Below, piece by piece: positions 55,288 to 64,000 of a DNA stretch of 64,000 nucleotides (its first letter is position 1; the number at the start of each line of letters is the position of its first letter). Origin of the DNA: Candidatus Onthovivens sp. (GTDB lineage: Bacteria; Bacillota_I; Bacilli_A; RFN20; CAG-826); contig DBFJOT010000010.1 in assembly GCA_048405595.1 (NCBI GenBank), positions 71,578 through 135,577 on the forward strand. Direction: 5' to 3'. Made by a program: the position numbers and the translations under genes. The notes beneath the pieces were generated by a model. It searched no databases. It saw only the letters and a program-made list of their open reading frames with translations, and was not told where the DNA came from.

Positions 55288-55801
55288 TAAGTTCTTCGAT
55301 TAAAAAATCTTCACCTTTAATAACTTCGTGAGTTGCTAAACCATAAAAATTTTGTTGTCTTAATGCCTCAAACAAAACAATAGCAACGCAATTTGATAAA
55401 TTTAAACTTCTTGCGCTTGGAACCATTGGTAAACGAACTGTTTTATCTAAGTTATCTCTTAAAACTTCGTGTGGAATTCCAGTTGATTCACGACCGAACA
55501 TAAAATAAATATCTTTAGTCACATCTTTATAATTCATTGATGAATATACATTTTTTGAATATCTAGTGACATAATAAATTTCTTTATTTTTAAAATCTTT
55601 TAAGAATGCTTCATAGTTTTCATAAACTACAAAATCAGATTCATTAATGTAATCCATTCCAGCTCTTTTTAAGTCTTTATTAGTTAAAGAAAAAGTTAAC
55701 GGACCAATAATATAAAGTTTTGCTTCGATCGCCATTGCAGTTCTCATAATGTTACCAACGTTGCTTGGTTTCTCAGGGCGATATAAAATTATTCCTAACA
55801 T
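55274..55801 (-). CDS. trmL: SpoU-family tRNA 2'-O-methyltransferase (TrmL-like)
   Basis: MLGIILYRPEKPSNVGNIMRT..., FGRESTGIP and SLNLSNCVAIVLFE motifs of SPOUT methyltransferases. Confidence 0.8.
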   Translation of the reverse strand: MLGIILYRPEKPSNVGNIMRTAMAIEAKLYIIGPLTFSLTNKDLKRAGMDYINESDFVVYENYEAFLKDFKNKEIYYVTRYSKNVYSSMNYKDVTKDIYFMFGRESTGIPHEVLRDNLDKTVRLPMVPSARSLNLSNCVAIVLFEALRQQNFYGLATHEVIKGEDFLIEELTKSE

Positions 55802-55847
55802 GCTAATTATCATAACACAATTTGAATATATTATTTATAATTAAATT

Positions 55848-56690
55848 ATGCGATATTCAATCAAGAAAACTTTTGAAGAATGTATGAATAAAGAGGTGAG
55901 ATCATGTGTTGAACTCACTGACGGTTTTAGTAATGAAAACTTTTTAATTAACGATGCTTATGTTCTTCGCTTGCCTTTACCAAACGGAGACACTACTATT
56001 TCTAGAAAAAATGAGAAAAAAGTATACGAAACCATTTCCTCAATTAATATCAGTGAAAAATTATGTTACTTCGATGTAAAAACAGGTATCAAAGTTACTA
56101 AATTTGTCCATAATCCGATAATTTATAAAACTACACCAACAAACGAACAAATTTTACTTGTTGCTAAAAGTTTAAAAAAGCTTCATCGAGCAAAACTTAT
56201 CGTCCCTTTTGATTATGATGCTTTAAAAAGACTAAAAACATATAAAAAAACATTATCAAAAGATCTTTACATAAATGAAGAATTTGAAAAACGCATTATA
56301 GAAGAATTTAATAAATTTTATCTTCTTGAAGATGTCACTCTTTGTCATAACGATTTAGTTCAAGGCAATTTATTATTCAAATTTAACGGTCTTACAATTA
56401 TCGATTGGGAATATAGTTCGATGAACTCATTCTATTTTGATTTAGCTAGTTTTATTAGTGAAAATAATCTAAGCGAAGAACAAAAAGAATTCTTTTTATC
56501 GAAATATTTTGGATGCAAATATTCTAATAGAAAGAAGAAAATAGTCGATGTATTCATTAATTTTCAGGATATTCTATTTTATTATCGGGCACTTTATCTC
56601 TATAAAAAAAGGGGCAAATCGATTTATCAAACGATTGCCCATGTTAAGTTAGATAGAATTAATAAAACTATAGAATCCAATAAGAATTAA
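55848..56690 (+). CDS. Choline/ethanolamine-kinase-like phosphotransferase (APH/ChoK family)
   Basis: Brenner-type motif [13 protein letters not shown] and [17 protein letters not shown]. 280 aa. Confidence 0.7.
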   Translation: MRYSIKKTFEECMNKEVRSCVELTDGFSNENFLINDAYVLRLPLPNGDTTISRKNEKKVYETISSINISEKLCYFDVKTGIKVTKFVHNPIIYKTTPTNEQILLVAKSLKKLHRAKLIVPFDYDALKRLKTYKKTLSKDLYINEEFEKRIIEEFNKFYLLEDVTLCHNDLVQGNLLFKFNGLTIIDWEYSSMNSFYFDLASFISENNLSEEQKEFFLSKYFGCKYSNRKKKIVDVFINFQDILFYYRALYLYKKRGKSIYQTIAHVKLDRINKTIESNKN

Positions 56691-57235
56691 TCTTTATTAG
56701 CTTCTTTATATAAATTGATACAATGTCTAATGACTTTTTTAGCGGAAACACTATTTTCAACATCGCCTGTTGCAATAGATTTTCCTTCTAAATTTTTATA
56801 AACATTAAAGAAGTGTTTAATTTCTTCTCCGATATGTGGAGCGATATCTTTTGTATCATAATATCCGTTATAATAAGGATCTTGTAAAGGAACAGCGATA
56901 ATCTTTGAGTCGCGTTTTCCTCCGTCTAACATTTCTAAAACACCAATTGCTCTGCATTCAACGATTGTAAATGGAGCTAATGCTTCACTACATAAAACTA
57001 AAACGTCAAGTGGGTCACCATCTTCACACAATGTTAATGGAATAAAACCATAGTTATGTGGATAGTGAGTTGATGTATATAAAATACGATCCATTTTCAT
57101 AAGACCTGTATCTTTGTCTAATTCATATTTAATTTTACTTCCCTTAGGAATTTCAACAATAGTTAAAAACTTATCTTCTGTAATGCTATTTGGGTCAAAT
57201 CTATCAAATAATTTCTTTTCACCAATGTGATTCAT
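56687..57235 (-). CDS. ppa: Inorganic pyrophosphatase, family I
   Basis: [37 protein letters not shown] at 57235 with AGGGAG upstream. Confidence 0.9.
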   Translation of the reverse strand: MNHIGEKKLFDRFDPNSITEDKFLTIVEIPKGSKIKYELDKDTGLMKMDRILYTSTHYPHNYGFIPLTLCEDGDPLDVLVLCSEALAPFTIVECRAIGVLEMLDGGKRDSKIIAVPLQDPYYNGYYDTKDIAPHIGEEIKHFFNVYKNLEGKSIATGDVENSVSAKKVIRHCINLYKEANKD

Positions 57236-57332
57236 ATCTTTTCTCCCTTCGTTACAAATGAGTATAAAGTTATGAAGAGCAAGTTTCAATTATTATCTGA
57301 TTAAATGAAATAATAGCGCTTACATTTTTTAT

Positions 57333-58535
57333 TTATTTACGTAAACGTACGTATTCATCGAACTTAAATAACTCTTCTAACGTTTTAAATTTAGCAAATA
57401 CAAATGAATCTCCCATGTCATCTCTTAACACTTCTGGATAAATTCCGTAGTAACAAACATTGTTTTTATAAATCTTTAAAATTTCTTCTAATGAATGAAC
57501 ATAATCTAACGCATCTCTTCTAGCTGAAGCACATGCATAATATGTTTCATAAACTGTTTCATCTCTTCTTTTATTAAAAGCCATACTATCCGCATAGATG
57601 TTATAACAATTTAATGAGTTAGCGAAATTGATTAAATCAGGAGTATATCCTCCAGCTGGTCTCATATTTGCTTCTAAAGGAACGATTGTGCCTGCTTTTC
57701 CTAAATAAGGATGATCTTTTCTTAATCTAAAAAATTCTAGATGGAAAAATCTATTTTTAACTTCAAAAGCTTTTAATGATTTAAGTCCAGCTTCAACTAA
57801 ATCTTGAGGAACTTTTTCCATTGGAACGCAATAATACATGTCATCCATTAAACCATTAACTAATTCAGCATTATCTACCATGAAAACATTGCTTGTATAA
57901 AAAAATGGCTCACTTTTACTATTAGTAACCCCATCAAAAGAAACAATTTGCCCATCTACAAATTCTTCCATGATGTATGGTTTATTTGGATCTTTTTTAT
58001 TAAAGAAATTATTTAAATCTTCTAAATTATCGATTTTAAATGTATCTTGAGCACCTACACCATTATCTGGTTTTATAAAAACTGGATACCCAACCAAATT
58101 TATGAACTCAATAGCTTTTTCTTTATTACTAGTTAATTCATAACGAGCAAATTTCAAACCTGCTTTTTTATAATACTCTTTTTGAATTGATTTGAATTTA
58201 TATCTTTTAATAAATTCTTTGTTTGGACCTGTATTTACGCCGAATAGCGAACGTAGTTCAGCGTCTTTCTCAAGCCAATATTCATTATTACTTTCAATAA
58301 AATCAATTCTTCCATATTTATCTTTAAAATAAGTAACTGCCTTCTTTTCGTTCTCGAAATTATCCATATCTTGACAACAATAATATTCAGTTAATGCATA
58401 TTTGCATTCGTCTGAAAGCTCATTATATGGAGCATCACCGATTCCAAGCACGTTAAAGCCGTTATTTTTTAAAGCTAAACAAAATCGCCAATATGATTGT
58501 GGAAAATGTGGCGAGATAAAAATAAAGTTTTTCAT
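57333..58535 (-). CDS. ATP-grasp domain protein of unknown specificity
   Basis: About 400 aa. The central region shows an ATP-grasp-like pattern (YPVFIKPDNGVGAQDTFKI..., IMEEFVDG, ...LEANMRPAGG). ATG at 58535 with GAGGGGGA upstream. Confidence 0.55.
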   Translation of the reverse strand: MKNFIFISPHFPQSYWRFCLALKNNGFNVLGIGDAPYNELSDECKYALTEYYCCQDMDNFENEKKAVTYFKDKYGRIDFIESNNEYWLEKDAELRSLFGVNTGPNKEFIKRYKFKSIQKEYYKKAGLKFARYELTSNKEKAIEFINLVGYPVFIKPDNGVGAQDTFKIDNLEDLNNFFNKKDPNKPYIMEEFVDGQIVSFDGVTNSKSEPFFYTSNVFMVDNAELVNGLMDDMYYCVPMEKVPQDLVEAGLKSLKAFEVKNRFFHLEFFRLRKDHPYLGKAGTIVPLEANMRPAGGYTPDLINFANSLNCYNIYADSMAFNKRRDETVYETYYACASARRDALDYVHSLEEILKIYKNNVCYYGIYPEVLRDDMGDSFVFAKFKTLEELFKFDEYVRLRK

Positions 58536-58711
58536 ACTTCCCCCTCGAATGTACATATAAATACTACATTATTTACTTTCGAAAATTAATAGTGAAAGTA
58601 AAAAATAAAACATTTTATATACAAATTTAATATTATTCATAGCACTAAACTAACATATAGAAGTACAACATTTATATATCAATTTAATCAAACATCTTTT
58701 TTTCATATTAA

Positions 58712-58756
58712 TAAAAAAATGTCGATTATATCGTTACTTTAACGACAATCGACATT
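58712..58756 (-). terminator. Rho-independent terminator after the atp operon
   Basis: On the minus strand ATGTCGATT...AATCGACAT (58755-58719) is followed by TTTTTTT. Confidence 0.75.
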
Positions 58757-58760
58757 TGTT

Positions 58761-59167
58761 TTATTGCTTAATTTTTAATCTATTAATTGCTTTTTTCAAA
58801 GCAAAATCTGCATCGTCATATTCAACTGTATCAGTTGATTCAATTTGTTTGATTTTTTCTTCAGCTCTAGTTTTTGCTTCTAAAACTCTTTTAACATCAA
58901 TCTCATCTTCGCTTTCAAAAGTGTCACATAATACCTTCGCAACAGAGTTTTTATAATTCAATACTCCACCACTGAATGCGTAATATTTTTTATATCCGTC
59001 TTTAACTGTATATAAAGTTCCGATATGAAGCAAAGAGATTAAAGGGATTCTATTTGGTAAAATTCCCATAACTCCACTATCTGGAATATCTACATAAAGA
59101 GCATCAATAAAATCATGGTAAATTTTACCATCAATTGAAGTTAAAATAATTTCTAATTTATTAGCCA

Positions 59168-59168
<1 letters not shown>
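58761..59168 (-). CDS. atpC: F0F1 ATP synthase subunit epsilon
   Basis: 135 aa, last gene of the atp operon. The start overlaps the atpD stop (TAATG). Confidence 0.88.
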
Positions 59169-60595
<1,427 letters not shown>

Positions 60596-60600
60596 TCACC

Positions 60601-61452
60601 TCACTTATTTGCACTTCCACTAACAACTTCAGTAATTTCTTGAGTAATTGCTGCTTGTCTAGCTTTGTTATATTCAATTTTTAATTTATCTACAATTTCT
60701 TCTGCATTCTTATCTGCATTATCCATTGCATTTCTTCTACATGATTGTTCACTTAGAACACATTCAGTTAATTTAATAAAGATAGTGTTCATCAAATATT
60801 TTTTAGTAAGTTTATCTAAAAGATTAGCGCTATCACCTTCAATATCAGGTCCTTTAATTTGTCTACTTCTATTGGGTTTATATTGAAGAGGCAATAAAGT
60901 AAGTTCTTCAACTTTTGTAGCAATTTGATTAACATATTTTGTATAAACAAGAACTACTTTTTTATACTCATCAGTATTATATTTATCTAAAAGTAAGTGC
61001 GCTAATACTCTACAATTAGACATTGTTAAGTTATTTAAAATGTGTTGAGCATCATCATAAACGGTAAAATTAGGTGATTTTTCCATCTCTTTTGCAATTT
61101 TATCTCCAATCACAATCACCTCATCACCTTTTTTGATTATGTTATTAAAATATCGAATTACATTATAGTTATAAGATCCACAAAGTCCTAAAGACGAAGA
61201 AACAACAACATATAAAATTTTGTCTTTTTTAGATTTCGATTTTAATAATCTGGATTCGCTTGTCGTCGATAAATAGTTAGCGATTGTATCAACAGTATCA
61301 TTTAAATCATCATAAAAAGACATACGTTTGTCGTATCCATTTTGAACTTGTCTTAATTTAACACTAGAAATTAATTTCATTGCGTTTGTGATTTTTCTAG
61401 TGTTTTCAACAATTGCAATTCTTCTTTTTACTTTGTTTAAACCTTGTGACAT
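60601..61452 (-). CDS. atpG: F0F1 ATP synthase subunit gamma
   Basis: 283 aa. KITNAMKLISSVKLR N-terminus and ITQEITEVVSG C-terminus. Confidence 0.93.
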   Translation of the reverse strand: MSQGLNKVKRRIAIVENTRKITNAMKLISSVKLRQVQNGYDKRMSFYDDLNDTVDTIANYLSTTSESRLLKSKSKKDKILYVVVSSSLGLCGSYNYNVIRYFNNIIKKGDEVIVIGDKIAKEMEKSPNFTVYDDAQHILNNLTMSNCRVLAHLLLDKYNTDEYKKVVLVYTKYVNQIATKVEELTLLPLQYKPNRSRQIKGPDIEGDSANLLDKLTKKYLMNTIFIKLTECVLSEQSCRRNAMDNADKNAEEIVDKLKIEYNKARQAAITQEITEVVSGSANK

Positions 61453-61455
61453 TTT

Positions 61456-62967
61456 CTATAAATTTCTTTCTGCTTTAAAAGTAGTAATAACTTGAGTTAG
61501 TTTTTCGATAAGAATATCGCTTAATACTTTTGTTGTATTAATTTCTTCAATAATTTCTTTATCGAAGCGTGTAATGTAATCATAAAGTTCATTTAAGAAT
61601 CTTTTAACTTCTTCAACTTTAATGTCATCTAAATGGCCTCTAGTTGCTGCAAAAATTTCAATTACTTCGCGATCTAAAGTTAAAGTATTATATTGATCTT
61701 GTTTTAACAATTCCATAACAATAGAACCATGGTTAATAATTGACTTTGTATTAGCATCTAAGTCACTTCCAAATTGTGAGAAACTTAATAATTCATGGTA
61801 GTTTGCTAAATCCATTTTAATAGATTTAGATACTTGTTTCATAATTTTATATTGAGCAGCACTTCCAACACGAGAGACACTTAATCCAGTGTCAATTGCT
61901 GGACGTTGACCTGCGTTAAATAAGTCAGTTTGTAAGAAAATTTGACCATCAGTAATTGATATGACGTTAGTAGGAATATAAGCACTGATGTCGCCAGCTA
62001 AAGTTTCGACAATTGGTAAAGCAGTAATTGAACCACCACCATTTTTAACATTTAACTTAGCACTTCTTTCTAATAATCTCGAATGTAAGTAGAAAATATC
62101 ACCTGGATAAGCTTCTCTTCCTGGGCTACGTTTTAATAAAAGCGATAATGCTCTATAACTAACAGCGTGTTTACTTAAATCATCAAATACAATTAAGACA
62201 TCTTTTCCTTCATACATCCAGTGTTCAGCCATTGCCATTCCACTATATGGGGCGATATATAAAAGAGGAGCAATTTCACTAGCAGAAGCATTGACAACAA
62301 GAGTGTAATCCATTGCGCCATTACTTCTTAAGCGATCAACAATTGCTGCGACACTACTATTTTTTTGTCCGATAGCTACATAAATACAAATAACGTTTTT
62401 GCCTTTTTGATTTAAAATTGTATCGATTGCAATCGCTGTTTTTCCTGTTTGACGATCGCCAATAATTAACTCTCTTTGTCCTTTTCCGATTGGAATTACA
62501 CTATCAATACATTTAATTCCAGTTTCAATAGGAGAATTAACACTTTCTCTACTCATAATTGAAGGAGCATTAAATTCAATTGGTCTAGTTGAGGTAAATT
62601 TAATATCACCTTCTCCATCGATTGCTCTTCCTAAAGAATCAACAACTCTTCCTAAAAGGCCATCACCTACTGGTACTTCAACAACTTTGCCAGTACGTTT
62701 TACTTTTTCACCTTCTTTGATATCATTTTTATTACTTAATAAGACAGCACTAACACTATCTTCCTCGAGGTTCATAACCATACCATAACTATTTGATGAA
62801 AATTCTAAAAGTTCACCAAGAATAGCTTTTCTTAATCCAAAAATCTCTGCAATACCATCTCCAACAGTAATTACAGTACCAACATCAGTAGTATATTCAG
62901 TGCTAGTTTTGAAATTTTTAATTTGCTCTTTGATAAGTGCACTAATTTCATTTGGTTTAATTTCCAT
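61456..62967 (-). CDS. atpA: F0F1 ATP synthase subunit alpha
   Basis: [10 protein letters not shown]-loop and the alpha-subunit signature ITDGQIFL. 503 aa. Confidence 0.97.
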   Translation of the reverse strand: MEIKPNEISALIKEQIKNFKTSTEYTTDVGTVITVGDGIAEIFGLRKAILGELLEFSSNSYGMVMNLEEDSVSAVLLSNKNDIKEGEKVKRTGKVVEVPVGDGLLGRVVDSLGRAIDGEGDIKFTSTRPIEFNAPSIMSRESVNSPIETGIKCIDSVIPIGKGQRELIIGDRQTGKTAIAIDTILNQKGKNVICIYVAIGQKNSSVAAIVDRLRSNGAMDYTLVVNASASEIAPLLYIAPYSGMAMAEHWMYEGKDVLIVFDDLSKHAVSYRALSLLLKRSPGREAYPGDIFYLHSRLLERSAKLNVKNGGGSITALPIVETLAGDISAYIPTNVISITDGQIFLQTDLFNAGQRPAIDTGLSVSRVGSAAQYKIMKQVSKSIKMDLANYHELLSFSQFGSDLDANTKSIINHGSIVMELLKQDQYNTLTLDREVIEIFAATRGHLDDIKVEEVKRFLNELYDYITRFDKEIIEEINTTKVLSDILIEKLTQVITTFKAERNL

Positions 62968-62980
62968 TATTTTACCTCGC

Positions 62981-63511
62981 TTACTTCAATTCTTCTTTAA
63001 GCATACTTACACGTTTTTTCAAACTTGCATCATAAACGTTATCTTTAATTTTTATCTTAAATCCACCAAGTAAGGATTCATCTATAACTTTAGTAATTTC
63101 AAGAATTTTATTAGTCTTCTTTTCGATTGCTTTTATTGCTTTTTCAATATCCTCATCAGCTAAATCTTTAGTACAATAAATAACACCTTCTTCAATATTC
63201 AAGTAGTCATCAAATCGGTAAAGAGTCTCTTTGAAAATTTCATATAAATAAAAAGCTCTACCATTTCTAATAATGATTTTTATAAATATTTTAATGTCTT
63301 CTTTTACACTTTTAAAAACACTATCGATGATAGAATATTTTTCCTCAAGAGATAAGTTAACATCATTGATTACCATCATGAAATCTTTATTTTCTTTAAG
63401 GATCTCTTTGATGCATTTAACTTCTTTTCTATATTCTTCAGGTTGACCTTTTTCGATAGAAAGTTGTAGCAAAGCAATAGCATAACGATTATAGACTAAT
63501 TCTTCTTTCAT
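62981..63511 (-). CDS. atpH: F0F1 ATP synthase subunit delta
   Basis: 176 aa, OSCP/delta-like, positioned between atpF and atpA. Confidence 0.85.
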   Translation of the reverse strand: MKEELVYNRYAIALLQLSIEKGQPEEYRKEVKCIKEILKENKDFMMVINDVNLSLEEKYSIIDSVFKSVKEDIKIFIKIIIRNGRAFYLYEIFKETLYRFDDYLNIEEGVIYCTKDLADEDIEKAIKAIEKKTNKILEITKVIDESLLGGFKIKIKDNVYDASLKKRVSMLKEELK

Positions 63512-64000
63512 ACTATTTACCCTTATTTAAATCGTTAATAAAGTCCTCAACAATTTTAGAGTTATCTTCTTTTGTAACTTCACGAGACAAAATTTTTGTT
63601 GAAGCATCTAAAGCAACATCAACAATTTCATTTTTCAGCGATTTTGTTGCTTCTTCTTTAGCTCTTTCGATATCTTTATTAGCTTTATCTCTAATTCTAA
63701 TTATTTCTTCGTGCGTTAAATCGAGAATTTCTTGACTTGTCTTATTAGCTTCTTTTGTTGCTTCTTCAATAATCTTACTTGCTTCTTTTCTAGTATCAGC
63801 AAGGCGCTTTTGAGATTCAGCATAATTAGCTTGTGACTTGAGATTGTTCTCTTTAGTTTCTTTAACTTCGTTAGTTAAAAGCTCCTTACGTTTTTCAATT
63901 AAACGTTTACAAGGCTTATATCCAAAGAAAAAAACGATACATAAAAGAATAATTAAAGCTATAAATTGGACTAAGAAAGCCCAAATATTAGGAATTAATT
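63512..64000 (-). CDS. atpF: F0F1 ATP synthase subunit b. The N-terminus runs off the right window edge.
   Basis: My translation of the open minus-strand frame ends ...VEDFINDLNKGK with a TAG at 63514-63512, adjacent to the atpH ATG. It is a charged coiled coil preceded by a hydrophobic segment near the window edge. Confidence 0.8.

Overview
This is a 64-kb chromosomal window from a very AT-rich, low-GC Firmicutes or Mollicutes-related genome. GC is roughly 30% by eye. All long ORFs are intact under the standard code, so there is no sign of UGA=Trp recoding. About 50 of about 60 genes lie on the minus strand. The content is mostly conserved housekeeping genes in Bacillus-like synteny. From left to right: potBA, argS, tRNA-Arg, infC-rpmI-rplT with an L20-type leader, and thiI-cysteine desulfurase-ezrA. 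Next come rpsD, tRNA-Thr, a glycolipid/lipid cluster (GT2, PlsC-like, membrane Nudix), and a MATE pump. A five-tRNA cluster follows (Ala-Met-Ile2-Ser-fMet), then tyrS, apt and a CcpA-like LacI regulator. After that come a ytpR-like gene, trmB, a pepV-like gene, an ECF S-component plus coaX, and leuS behind a T-box. glgCDA follows, then rpmB and the block rpe-prkC-prpC-rlmN-rsmB-like-priA-gmk. The window ends with an rqcH-like gene, trmL, ppa and the atpFHAGDC operon (atpF truncated at the right edge). I saw no transposase, integrase, prophage, CRISPR array or rRNA. The most unusual element is a tightly coupled three-gene SMC-type module at 38380-43888. Its sizes and order match JetA/JetB/JetC (MksF/E/B), but it has no JetD/MksG nuclease gene and abuts glgC with only a 39-nt gap. 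Other items worth a second look: an RsmB-like protein missing the SAM motif and both catalytic cysteines; a roughly 740-nt ORF-free, structure-rich spacer downstream of leuS; a recurring ATCGAT-N3-ATCGA direct-repeat motif in three intergenic regions; twin TGAAAA-N2-TTTTCA palindromes flanking the terminator upstream of the LacI-family gene; a probable non-AUG (AUU) start for infC; and several oversized or truncated housekeeping proteins (PotA, Apt, PrkC, RqcH). All functional calls rest on motifs I could read in the supplied translations and on recalled family knowledge. No database search was run.
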